Source of the DNA: Candidatus Latescibacterota bacterium | Lineage (GTDB): Bacteria; Latescibacterota; UBA2968; GCA-2709665 | DNA length: 64,000 bases | Reading direction: 5' to 3' | Assembly (NCBI GenBank): GCA_963667175.2 | Contig: CAXXXF010000015.1 | Location: forward strand, 448,001-512,000 | Shown: positions 35,815-45,439 of the stretch, piece after piece | How positions within the stretch are numbered: the first letter of the stretch is position 1 | Layout of the letters: each line of letters starts with the position of its first letter | Program-made: the position numbers and the translations under genes | The notes under the pieces: model-generated | What the model saw: only the letters and a program-made list of their open reading frames with translations | What the model was told of the DNA's origin: nothing | Database searches by the model: none

Positions 35815-37830
35815 TTGCAACAAGGCGGGACCACCGTCCGCGAAGGCGGGACCACCGTCCGTGAAAGCGGGACCACCGTCCGCGAAGGCGGGACCACCGT
35901 CCGCGAAGCGCCCGCGTCTCCGTCCGCCGCCCCCGCGCAGGACACGCAGGCGCCCGGATGGCTGCCCGGCGACCTGGCGGCCGACTACCGCGTGATCGAG
36001 TCCCTGCCCGCGCGAGGCGCCGAAGCCGACCTCTACGTCGTCGAGCCGCTCGACGCCGAGGATGACACCCGGCGCGTGGCCAAGATTTACCGCGAGGGCA
36101 TGGCGCCCAAGGAGGACGTGCTCAGCCTCGTGAAACAGGCCGAGCCGGCCCACGTCGTCCGGCTCGAAGCCTACGGGCAGGACGCCGGCGCCGGCCGGTG
36201 GTGGGAACTGATGGAGTACGTCGAGCGGGACAGCTTGCGCCAGCTCCTCGATCGAGAAGGACCGAAGCTCTCCGAAGACCTGATACGCGACATTCTCCGG
36301 GAACTCAACGACGCGCTGACGGACTTGCACCGGCTGCAGCTGGAACATCGTGACCTGAAGCCAGACAACGTCCTGGTGCGCAGCCTCACGCCGCTCGATC
36401 TGGTGATGAGCGACTTTGGCATCGCCTCGGTCGTGGAAGGGCCGAGGCACTATACCGAAAGGATGCAGACGGTGATGTATGCGCCGCCCGAGGCCTTCGC
36501 CAGCAAGGCGGTGGTTGAGCACACCAAGTGGGACTACTGGTCGCTGGGGATGATGCTCGTCGAAATGCTGGAGAAGCATCCCTTCAAGGACGTGGAAGAC
36601 CAGGCGACCAGCTTCCGAATCATCAGTGATGACGTTAATGATCTGACCCGGGAAATCTCCGATCCGGCCTGGCGGATGCTGTGCCGGGGGTTGCTGCGGC
36701 GCACGCCGGAGGCTCGTTGGAACGCCGAGGAGGTGTCGAAGTGGCTTGCCGATCCGAACGATCCGGGCCTACGCGTGGCCGAAGAGGCGTCCGGGTCTCC
36801 GCCCGTTGCCGAGCCGTTGCCGGCCACGATCGACTTCGACGGCGCCAGCTACGCCACAACGGCGGAACTGGGCGCCGCCCTGGCCGAGGACTGGGGCAAG
36901 GCCGAGTCGTACTGGATGCGCCGGTACCGGGACGTGCGCGACTGGGTGACCGACGGGCTTGGGCTGACGCCCCTCGGCGACGCCCTGGCGGACATCGACG
37001 ACAGCGGCATGCCCCTCGATTTCCAGGTATTCAACTTCATCTATCACCTGGCGCCCGAAGCGCCGTTGCGCTTCCGCGACGAGCGCCTGACCATGGAGGG
37101 CCTCGCCGCGCTTTGCCGGCGGGCGGCGGTTCAGGAAGACGCCGACGCCCGCGAAACGTTGCTGAGGCTGTATCGGCATGGCATTCTGCTACTGGCCGGT
37201 TCGCTGCCGGACGGGGAAGCCCTGGCCGACGTGGCGCAGCGGTGGGTAGACGCCGTCGACGACTATGAACGCCGGCGATCCCGGTTCTTGGAGCAAGGCA
37301 TCGACGTGCCCGACGCGGACGACGACGTGATCGTCCTTCTGCTGGCGGGAAGCCTGCCCGTGCCCGAGGTCGTGGACGCCCTCAGGGCCCAGGCCCGCCG
37401 CGCCCGCACCGCGGACGCGCGCAGGTGCCTCTGGTTCAAAGAGCTGGGCGCCCCCGAGGAGATGGCGGTCCCCGTGCTGGCCGTGCTTCCCCATCTTCAG
37501 GCCCCGGCCGGGCGAGAGGGCAGAATCATTCGATGGCGGCCCCTCCGCGGTTGCATCGGGGGCCTCATCGTCGGCGGCCTGTGGGGGTGGCAGGTGCAAT
37601 GGGCGATGGAGCGACGCGGAGATTTCGGGATCCACAGTTTCGGAGGCTTCTTTGACCTCTGGGAGGGCGTGATATTGCTGGCATTGGTGGTCAAAGCCTT
37701 TCGCGTGGCCCTTGCCTGGTACCTCGAAGGTTGGAAAGGCGCGCGGCAGGCCTGGCGCAGGAGAGGCGTGGTGAGGAGGGGAGCAGCGCGGATCCATGAA
37801 CTGTTGACGTATCAAAGTGGCGGTGAGTAA
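35815..37830 (+). CDS. Ser/Thr protein kinase 2, paralog of 27511..29901 (TTG start at 35815)
   Basis: Same catalytic motifs; AAGGAG RBS homologous to kinase 1; shorter TM C-terminus. Confidence 0.92.
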   Translation: MQQGGTTVREGGTTVRESGTTVREGGTTVREAPASPSAAPAQDTQAPGWLPGDLAADYRVIESLPARGAEADLYVVEPLDAEDDTRRVAKIYREGMAPKEDVLSLVKQAEPAHVVRLEAYGQDAGAGRWWELMEYVERDSLRQLLDREGPKLSEDLIRDILRELNDALTDLHRLQLEHRDLKPDNVLVRSLTPLDLVMSDFGIASVVEGPRHYTERMQTVMYAPPEAFASKAVVEHTKWDYWSLGMMLVEMLEKHPFKDVEDQATSFRIISDDVNDLTREISDPAWRMLCRGLLRRTPEARWNAEEVSKWLADPNDPGLRVAEEASGSPPVAEPLPATIDFDGASYATTAELGAALAEDWGKAESYWMRRYRDVRDWVTDGLGLTPLGDALADIDDSGMPLDFQVFNFIYHLAPEAPLRFRDERLTMEGLAALCRRAAVQEDADARETLLRLYRHGILLLAGSLPDGEALADVAQRWVDAVDDYERRRSRFLEQGIDVPDADDDVIVLLLAGSLPVPEVVDALRAQARRARTADARRCLWFKELGAPEEMAVPVLAVLPHLQAPAGREGRIIRWRPLRGCIGGLIVGGLWGWQVQWAMERRGDFGIHSFGGFFDLWEGVILLALVVKAFRVALAWYLEGWKGARQAWRRRGVVRRGAARIHELLTYQSGGE

Positions 37831-38216
37831 TGCATTACCTGATCATTGCCGTATTGGTGCTGGCGCTGCTGGCCGTGATATTGGTCCTCACGAGCGTGTT
37901 GGGATTCGTGGCAGCCGGAGTCACCGTTCCATCCGTTTTCGCAATGATCCTGCTTGGCCTTGTGGGGCTGACCGATCCCACGTGGCCGCATGCTCTCCTG
38001 GGCGCCGCCGTCGGCGCCTGTGCTCACCTCGCGCACCCGTACTTCCGAAAGGCCCGCCGATGGCCGTTCACAGAGGCGGTGGTCCGGCTCCGGACGCGCC
38101 TGACTGGCCGGTGGTGGGGCTATGCGATCCTGATTCTATTGTTGCTCATCATGGCGAGGCTGGCGATGGCGCTGTTGGTCGTTGCGATGTCTCTTCAGGA
38201 GCTTCTGCTCACGTAG
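37830..38216 (+). CDS. Small integral membrane protein, homologous to the C-terminal TM part of kinase 1
   Basis: TAATG coupling to kinase 2; PHALLGAAVG vs PHAILGALVG in kinase 1. Confidence 0.7.
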   Translation: MHYLIIAVLVLALLAVILVLTSVLGFVAAGVTVPSVFAMILLGLVGLTDPTWPHALLGAAVGACAHLAHPYFRKARRWPFTEAVVRLRTRLTGRWWGYAILILLLLIMARLAMALLVVAMSLQELLLT

Positions 38217-38436
38217 TGGAGATTTGCCGGGCTTTCCCGCGTTCCATCCTGATCTCCAGCCATTGCCCTCCCCTGCTGTTCCGTCCCAAAAATACCTTTC
38301 CATTCTACCGCCTGCCTGCGCGGGGCCCTGCGCTGCAGGCAGGCCGATTCATCCCGTCTCGCAACGTTGCGCGCCACCTCGAAGGCCGCCGGGTTGCGGA
38401 CCTCCTGCTGATCTCCACGGCGGCGGCCATCCTTTA

Positions 38437-38491
38437 GCAGCCCGTTGAAAAAGTCCATCCGGGCTGCGGAGCGACTTTTTCAACGGACTGT
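38437..38491. mobile_element. 55-bp MITE (internally deleted version of 56447-56655)
   Basis: Terminal IRs GCAGCCCGTTGAAAAAGTC / GACTTTTTCAACGGACTGT. Confidence 0.7.
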
Positions 38492-38894
38492 CAGGCGCGG
38501 GCTATGGTTGCAAAACGCGCCGTACGTTGCAACATGCAACCCATTTGAGGTGGCGCGCGCCAAACTTCCCCATCGGTCTCCCGATAAACGTCCACTTCTA
38601 TTGATTTCTCAACCGCGCAATCGATCGCCGATATCCCAAGCCCGACGTATTGCGCAACACGCCCTCTGCGTGCGAACCCATCGTAACCGTTCTAACCGTT
38701 CCATATTCGACAATTTACCCGTTTTCTCAAAGATCGGCACGGTTTTTGTATGTATTCGAGAGTCCTCGATCCGGCCGTATGGCGCGAGGTGACACGCTTC
38801 CGGACGGGCGCCGTGCGGTCAGCCCTCATGGAAACCCGTGCGTACGCCGCACGCTTTCCAATTGGCAGACGACGTCGTCCATGGGAGGGAAACC

Positions 38895-39599
38895 ATGCCG
38901 TCTTCCGAAAACGGACTCGCACGCCAGATCGCGAAGTTGTTCAAGGAGTTGGTGGAACGGGAATTGATAAGCATCGAACGGACTACGGACCGGCGAAAAC
39001 GGGAACTGCGCCGAAAAATCGAAGCGAGGGAAACGGAATTGGAAGACGATGGTGGACTGGAGGCCCTGTTCGAACGGTACAAAGCCGACCTGTCGGAGAC
39101 GGAGCGGCCGGAGAGTCGGGTGCAGGAACGCCGCCTGTATACCAATTGGGAAGGCAGGCTCAGGTGGGAACTGGGCCGGTGGAGAATGAAGCTGACTGAA
39201 CTGGAAGACCGTTCCAGCGACCCTCAGTCAACGTTGACGAGCGCGCGAAAAAGGGTCATGCGCGTGCTGCTGCGTGAGACCCTGGTCGCGGTCGATCCGG
39301 GAATCAACCATGGACCGGATTCGGGTGAAGATGCGTTTGACAGCCTCGAGGACTGTCTCATTCCGGTTATCCGTCACATGAAGGAAGGAAAAAGCCACTC
39401 CGAAGCACTCCGCCTGGTTGCCGAAAAACTGGGAATCCGAAAAACGACGGTTGCCTCTCGATGTACCGGAGGTCTGGACCTGACAACCGAACAGTTCGTA
39501 ACAAACGTTAGCAACGGGCGTATCGTCCAAATCGTGAAGAAAAAATACCCCCGACAGATCGAGCTGATCTGCCGCAAATTGGCGCCGCTATATCGGTAG
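38895..39599 (+). CDS. Hypothetical protein, N-terminal coiled coil and C-terminal HTH-like region
   Basis: GGGAGG RBS; ALRLVAEKLGIRKTTVASRC; possible sigma54 motif CGGCAC-N5-TTGT at 38735-38749. Confidence 0.6.
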   Translation: MPSSENGLARQIAKLFKELVERELISIERTTDRRKRELRRKIEARETELEDDGGLEALFERYKADLSETERPESRVQERRLYTNWEGRLRWELGRWRMKLTELEDRSSDPQSTLTSARKRVMRVLLRETLVAVDPGINHGPDSGEDAFDSLEDCLIPVIRHMKEGKSHSEALRLVAEKLGIRKTTVASRCTGGLDLTTEQFVTNVSNGRIVQIVKKKYPRQIELICRKLAPLYR

Positions 39600-39718
39600 T
39601 GCCCGCGGATACGTACCGGACTCGAATCGCGAGCGGACCCCTGCAATTCCGCGCGCATCCTCACCCATCCGTCAGTTATGGTCGCCCGGAGCGATTCAGA
39701 GGGATTGAGGCGCCGGCG

Positions 39719-41200
39719 CTACTTCTTCAAGACCTCCAATCCGAACCGTTCCGAAGTCTCGAGCGTCTCCCTCACGTAGTCCCAGGTGGTGTTGTGGTTG
39801 AGGATGCACATCCTCAGCGAAAACGTCCCGTGCAGAAGCGTCGACGAAAAGAACGCCCGATCTTCCCAGAACACGCGCGCAAGCACCTTCCTGTTGATCT
39901 CTTCCAGTGCCGCTTCATCCAGTTCCTCGTTGGGAGGATTCACGCGAAAACAAACCACGCCCAGCGACACGGGCGTCAGAAGTTCAAGGTTTGGACTCCT
40001 CTCCACGTACTCCCCGGCCTGCAGGGCCAGCTCCATCCCCTTCGACACCGCGCGCCGGAACGCCGCCAGCCCAAACGTCTGCACCGACATCCAGATCTTC
40101 AGAGCGCGCATCGACCGGCTCAGCTGCAGGCCCCGGTCGGAGACGTTCGGATGGTTCGCGCCCCACACCGTATCCTGCAGGATATCAGAATGCACTGCGA
40201 AAGCGCGCTCGAGCGTACCCGCGTCCTTGACCAGAAGGCCTCCTGCCTCGTACGGCTGGAAGAACCACTTGTGTGCGTCCAGACCCACCGAGTCGGCGCG
40301 TGAGATCCCGCGGAGCAGCTTTTTGCCGCGTTCCGTCACCGCCGCGAAGCCGCCATAGGCCGCATCCACGTGAAGCCAGATCCCTTCCGCCGCGCAGAAA
40401 TCCGCCATCGCCTCCAGCGGGTCAATCGCCCCGGTGCTGCTGGTCCCCGCGTTGGCGCAGACCGCGATGGGGTTGAACCCCGCCGCGCGATCCTCGGCCA
40501 CCGAGCGCGCCAGCGCGTCAACGTCCAACCGGAACCGCTCGTCGCTGGGAATCATGCGAATACATTCCGGGCGCACGCCCACGATCCTTGCCGCGCGGAC
40601 GTGGGCGCTGTGGCTCCGGTCGCTCATGTAGACGGTCGCGCGCTCGGGATGGCCCGCGGCTTCGCGCGCCGCGACGAACGCGTCTACGCTTGCGGCCGAA
40701 CCCCCGCTCGTGAGCAGTCCGCCCGCGCCGTCGGGATAGCCGATCCAGCGTCGCAGCCAGTCAACAACAACCAGTTCAAGCTGGCTGGGACCGCTGGCAA
40801 CCAGCCAGGTGCACGCGTTGATATTGTACCCCGCCGCCAGAAAATCGGCCACCACGCCCGGCCACGTGGGCGACGAGGGGATGAATCCGAAGGCTCTCGG
40901 ATGGTCGAGCCGAGCCGCGAATGGCAGGATCTCCTTCGCGGCCTGTTCCACTACCTCCCCGGCAGGCCTCCCCTCCTCCGGGGGCGCCTTCATCAACCGG
41001 TCGCTGAGTTCGCGCCGAAACTCGCCGTCCCATGCGCCTTCATCGAGCAGTTTCTCGGTCCGCGCAACCAGGAGTTCGGCAGCTCTACGCGCCAGTTCGA
41101 GCATCGCTTCCGGGGACATACTGAGGTCGCCACAGCCCTTCCCGGCTGGCTGACATTCCATTTGTTCTCTATCCCTCGCGGAATCAGACAAGAATGTCAC
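39719..41200 (-). CDS. Group II PLP-dependent (aromatic) amino acid decarboxylase; start uncertain
   Basis: HPRAFGFIP, TSGGS, AGT..TGAIDPL, WLHVDAAYGG, DAHKW, LSR..RALK.W. Confidence 0.92.
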   Translation of the reverse strand: MTFLSDSARDREQMECQPAGKGCGDLSMSPEAMLELARRAAELLVARTEKLLDEGAWDGEFRRELSDRLMKAPPEEGRPAGEVVEQAAKEILPFAARLDHPRAFGFIPSSPTWPGVVADFLAAGYNINACTWLVASGPSQLELVVVDWLRRWIGYPDGAGGLLTSGGSAASVDAFVAAREAAGHPERATVYMSDRSHSAHVRAARIVGVRPECIRMIPSDERFRLDVDALARSVAEDRAAGFNPIAVCANAGTSSTGAIDPLEAMADFCAAEGIWLHVDAAYGGFAAVTERGKKLLRGISRADSVGLDAHKWFFQPYEAGGLLVKDAGTLERAFAVHSDILQDTVWGANHPNVSDRGLQLSRSMRALKIWMSVQTFGLAAFRRAVSKGMELALQAGEYVERSPNLELLTPVSLGVVCFRVNPPNEELDEAALEEINRKVLARVFWEDRAFFSSTLLHGTFSLRMCILNHNTTWDYVRETLETSERFGLEVLKK

Positions 41201-41385
41201 CTTTTCGTCCTGTGCCCCTGCAACGCCAGGACCGCAAACATTGCTGCCGAACGGTCGTTAACGAAAGCGTACAACTTGCCGGGACATTGGCCAAATACCG
41301 CACCACGATAAGTTCATTTATTTGCACGAAATGAATTGACATCGTGCCGAGTATTGGGCATATATATCCCACGGGAGACGTAGTC

Positions 41386-41574
41386 GTGCAAACCAGTTCG
41401 GTACAGATCCGGCGCCGGCTGCAAAGAGACGGATGGCGCCTTGCGCGCCACGGCTCCGGACACGACGTCTATAGACATCCGGTCATCAGGGGAATCATTA
41501 CCCTGCCGAGGCACAGAACGGTATCGCCGGGTGTTGCCCTCTCCATCGCGAGAAAAGCAGGCTGGCTGAAATGA
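41386..41574 (+). CDS. hicA: HicA family toxin
   Basis: L..DGW...R.GSGH..YRHP....TLPRH....PG...SI.RKAG. Confidence 0.88.
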   Translation: MQTSSVQIRRRLQRDGWRLARHGSGHDVYRHPVIRGIITLPRHRTVSPGVALSIARKAGWLK

Positions 41575-41596
41575 AAGACACCAGGGGGGCCCGTGC

Positions 41597-41983
41597 ATGG
41601 TTCGATATCCCGCGCTGATCGATGGCGAAAACGGCGCCTACGGCGTGACGTTTCCCGACCTTCCGGGAATCGTATCCATGGGCAAAACCGTCGACGAGGC
41701 GCTCGTGAACGCCGAAGAAGCGCTTCGCGATTACGTGATCGAGGCCGAGAAGGACGGCGAGACGATACCACTGCCGAGGGCTCTCGAACGGGTGGACGTC
41801 CCGAACGGGCATGCGCTTGTGTCCATCCCGTTGATTCGAATCTCCGGCCGGAACGTGCGCGCCCATATGACGCTGGACGAAGGTGTCGCCGCCTTTATCG
41901 ACCACGAGGCGCGAAGGCGCCGCATGACCCGAAAAGCCTACGTCGAATGGATGGTCCGACGTATCGCCGAGATGGGCGGATAG
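41597..41983 (+). CDS. hicB: HicB family antitoxin with C-terminal RHH
   Basis: YPALI....YGVTFPDLPG..S.G.T..EA..NA.EAL. Confidence 0.92.
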   Translation: MVRYPALIDGENGAYGVTFPDLPGIVSMGKTVDEALVNAEEALRDYVIEAEKDGETIPLPRALERVDVPNGHALVSIPLIRISGRNVRAHMTLDEGVAAFIDHEARRRRMTRKAYVEWMVRRIAEMGG

Positions 41984-42014
41984 ACGCCGCAAACGTACGC
42001 CCGGTTGCGGAAAC

Positions 42015-43544
42015 TCACTCGAAAACGACCAGTTCGCCGTTCCTTACGACCAGCACGACCGGATCGTAAACCGCGTCGCCACTCTGGTCGAAGGAGAACG
42101 AGCCCAGAACCGTATCCAGGGCCCTCGTACCCGCCATCGCGTCTCGAATCGCGCCCGCGTCGGTTGACCGGGCGCCGGCGATTGCCTCGGCGAGAATGTA
42201 CATGGCGGCGTACGATTGCGCGGCCCACGTGTCGGGTTCCGTTCCGTATTTCGCGAGGTAATTCTCTACAAAGGTCTCATTCCCCGGCGTGGCCGCCGCG
42301 CCGGACCAGCTGACAAATGAAATCGCGCCTTCCGCGTCATCACCCGCGGCCTCGACTTCAGCCCTCGAAAGGACGGGAACGAGAAAGGGTATATTCGAAG
42401 CGATGCCGACCTCGCGCGCCTGAATCAATATCTCTGATTGTTCGGTACCCAATGCCGAGACAAAGACGACATGAGGATTCAACGCCTTGATGCGGGTTAA
42501 CTGTTCCGTAAACGTGGTATCCCCGGTGCTGATTGTCTCTCGCGCCAGGATTTCGACGTCGATTTCGGCCAGTGTGTTTCTGATCGCCTCGTCGCTGCTG
42601 CTGGAGAAGACGTCGGTCTCGTCCACGATCATGGCGACTCGCCGATACCTCAACTTTTCCTGTGTCTCCCTGACGGGGCCGGGGACCAGCGCATTGACGT
42701 TCAGACCCGCGCGGAAGATATAGTCGCCTATCGCGCTCAGGCCGGCCGCAGTGGAAGTGGAACTGAATGCAATGACCTCGTTCCGTTGGGCGATGGGAAA
42801 CGCTTCCCTGGCCGCGGTGGAAATCACCGGGCCGAGAATGACGGAAACACGTTCCCTATCGATCAGTCTGTTGAACGCTTCAACGGCGCCGTCCGCGGCG
42901 CCTCGTGAATCCTCGACAATGAAGCTGATGCGGGCGCCGCCAAGTTTCGATGAGCCGTTGATTTCGTTCTGCGCGAGCGCAAAGCCGTCTCGCGCGGGAA
43001 ATCCGTATCGCGTCTGCGGGCCCGTCAGCGGAAGGACGACTCCGATCGCGATCTCTGCCGGAAGCCCGCCGGGCGACAGCCTGATCGAACCCGCCACCCG
43101 GGCTTTTTCGCCGATCGGCAGTTCGACCGTCGTTTCGTAGCCGCCGTTTACGGGAATGCTCGACCAGGACCCCGCCACGCTTCCGCCCCGTATCGCGCGC
43201 GCGCGGCAGTAACCGGTCGCCCGGTCGTCTTCGATATTAATCCTCGCCTGGCCGCGGGCGTTGGTTGTGCCCGACCACTCGTATTCCGCCGCTCTCCCCG
43301 ATACGGATCGTCCCAATTCAACCGTGACGCCACTTACGGGCGCCTGACTCTGCGTCACGCGGGCCACCACAACCGCCAACGCCTGATCCCCGCCCGAAGC
43401 CAGCTTGCCGAGCGGCGGCGGCGCCTGCTCGCCGGCCTCCGGAAATTGAGACGTCGTCATACGATCGCCGCCGCAACCCCATGCTGCGCATATGGCCAGA
43501 GGCGGCAGTAACGCACTGCGGATACGAAAAGACAGGGTACGCAT
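42015..43544 (-). CDS. LivK-like ABC substrate-binding lipoprotein with an extra N-terminal beta-rich domain
   Basis: Lipobox AWGC; IGVVLPLTG, AAQSYAA, G.FSFD..GD. Confidence 0.85.
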   Translation of the reverse strand: MRTLSFRIRSALLPPLAICAAWGCGGDRMTTSQFPEAGEQAPPPLGKLASGGDQALAVVVARVTQSQAPVSGVTVELGRSVSGRAAEYEWSGTTNARGQARINIEDDRATGYCRARAIRGGSVAGSWSSIPVNGGYETTVELPIGEKARVAGSIRLSPGGLPAEIAIGVVLPLTGPQTRYGFPARDGFALAQNEINGSSKLGGARISFIVEDSRGAADGAVEAFNRLIDRERVSVILGPVISTAAREAFPIAQRNEVIAFSSTSTAAGLSAIGDYIFRAGLNVNALVPGPVRETQEKLRYRRVAMIVDETDVFSSSSDEAIRNTLAEIDVEILARETISTGDTTFTEQLTRIKALNPHVVFVSALGTEQSEILIQAREVGIASNIPFLVPVLSRAEVEAAGDDAEGAISFVSWSGAAATPGNETFVENYLAKYGTEPDTWAAQSYAAMYILAEAIAGARSTDAGAIRDAMAGTRALDTVLGSFSFDQSGDAVYDPVVLVVRNGELVVFE

Positions 43545-43574
43545 TGGATCCCCACTCTTTTGGAATTCCGGACC

Positions 43575-45185
43575 TTACGGTACAAACCGATAGACCACCG
43601 GCAACTGCGCGGGATCGGTGATGCTCGGGTCCGTGTGGTGATAGATATTGATGCGTCCGGTTCCACAGTCGCCGAAAGCATCGCTGCTGAGCGTGCCGAC
43701 GAGACCCTGGAATCCGGACGTTGCGAAGAGTTCCCGGCGCAGTGCGTTGCGGTCAACGATCAACGATTCGCCGTCCCGAATCGCAATGGACGCGATGGCG
43801 CTGAGCAACAGCGTCGTGGCATCGTAGGAGTGCGCCCAGTACGGCGTGCCGGGAAATCCGCCGTACGCGGCTTCATACGCGGCCAGCGCGTCGTCTACGC
43901 TCTTTCCGGTCGCGGCGTTGACGTTTGTGCCCAGATCCGCCTCCGGACCCGCGGCGTAGATGCCTTCCGACTGCGGCGTGGCGAGGAATTCCGAATCGAG
44001 AAGGGCCGCGCCGGTGATGAGCGTCGCGCCTTCCAGGCCGTCGAATTCCTTCACCTGCTTCGCGAATGGTATTCCCTCCTCGTCGAAGAGCGGGAAGAAG
44101 ATGCCGTCCGGCCCGGCCTCCGCGAATTCAGCCAGGACGGACGTCATGTCCTGTTGCCCCTTGTCTATCCGCGCGCGGACCGGGACCTCGCCTCCCACGG
44201 CGGCGAACGCATTGCCGAAGGCGCCGACGAGGGCCGTCGTGTACGGGTCACCGTCGTCGACAGCCACCATGCGCCTCAGACCCAGTTTATTGTACGCGAA
44301 GTCAGCCACAGCCCGCGCCTGGAAGAGATCGTTGACCGCCACCCGAAAGTAGCCGGGGTGGTAGTCGGAACTCGCATTGCCCGCCAGGTCGGAGGTCAGC
44401 CTCGGCGACGTATTGGACGGCGAAATCATCACCAGACCTGCTTCACTGATCACCGGCGAGGCGGCCACGGCCGCTCCGGAGCAGGATGTGCCGATTACGC
44501 CCAGCACCCGCGAATCCGCAACAATCTGTTCCGCCCCCGCGCGACCGCCCTCCGGACCGCACGTACCGTCGATTGCCTCGCCGAGTTCGACGCCGTGACC
44601 GTGGATCATCCCAAAATCGGCAACGGCCAGTTCAACGGCATTCCGCGACGGATCTCCGAGCGACGCGGCGATCGTATGGGTAAGCAATGAACGAACGTGC
44701 ACGGCCTCGCCTCCGCCGATCGTCACAAGGGTCCGAACATACGCGCCCGTTACGCGAGCGTGTCCGCCAACGGGCAGATCGACCGTGACTTCGTAGCCCA
44801 TGTTCACCGGTATGCTCGACCATGAACCCACCTGGATGCCGGCATTCATGGCGCGGACCTTATGGTAGCCGCCGCCAGATGCGATTTCCACCCGCGCCAG
44901 GCCGTTCGCGTCGGTGATTCCCGACGCCTCGAAGCTGGCCGCCCGTCCTGAAATCGAACGCGAGATTTCCACCGTGACGCCGCCAAGCGGCGTTTGACCA
45001 TCCAGCACCCTGGCCGCGACCAGGGCCGCTGTCCTGTATCCGCCGGCGGCCAGTTTTCCCAGCGGCTGGCCGCCCCGTTCCCCGGTCTCCGGTATCTGCG
45101 ACGGGGTCACGCGTTCGACGCCGCATCCCCAGGCGACGAACGCGACAAGCGCCAACACCATCAAACTGCGAGTTCCGTATAACAT
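43575..45185 (-). CDS. Branched-chain amino acid-type substrate-binding lipoprotein with the same N-terminal domain (different SBP subfamily)
   Basis: Lipobox AWGC; GTSCSGAA, ISPSNTSP.LT, YWAHSYDAT. Confidence 0.85.
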   Translation of the reverse strand: MLYGTRSLMVLALVAFVAWGCGVERVTPSQIPETGERGGQPLGKLAAGGYRTAALVAARVLDGQTPLGGVTVEISRSISGRAASFEASGITDANGLARVEIASGGGYHKVRAMNAGIQVGSWSSIPVNMGYEVTVDLPVGGHARVTGAYVRTLVTIGGGEAVHVRSLLTHTIAASLGDPSRNAVELAVADFGMIHGHGVELGEAIDGTCGPEGGRAGAEQIVADSRVLGVIGTSCSGAAVAASPVISEAGLVMISPSNTSPRLTSDLAGNASSDYHPGYFRVAVNDLFQARAVADFAYNKLGLRRMVAVDDGDPYTTALVGAFGNAFAAVGGEVPVRARIDKGQQDMTSVLAEFAEAGPDGIFFPLFDEEGIPFAKQVKEFDGLEGATLITGAALLDSEFLATPQSEGIYAAGPEADLGTNVNAATGKSVDDALAAYEAAYGGFPGTPYWAHSYDATTLLLSAIASIAIRDGESLIVDRNALRRELFATSGFQGLVGTLSSDAFGDCGTGRINIYHHTDPSITDPAQLPVVYRFVP

Positions 45186-45439
45186 GGTACGTCCCTCCAC
45201 TCTCATAGCGACCCGCGAAACGGACGCTGTCCTTCGGTCAATCGCCCTGAAAGAAGGTTGAATCCGGCAAAAAATGCCCTTCGACGAACCTGCATGGGAA
45301 GACCGGTTGTGCCGTTGTGTACAGGCCCCAAAATGACGGGCAGCAACCACTGCCCGCCATTTTGGAAAAACATCCGTCAGGTCGAGGTCTTCGAAGCCGA
45401 GAAGAGCGGGCGTGCCAGGGAATCTGAGATTTCCGGTTC

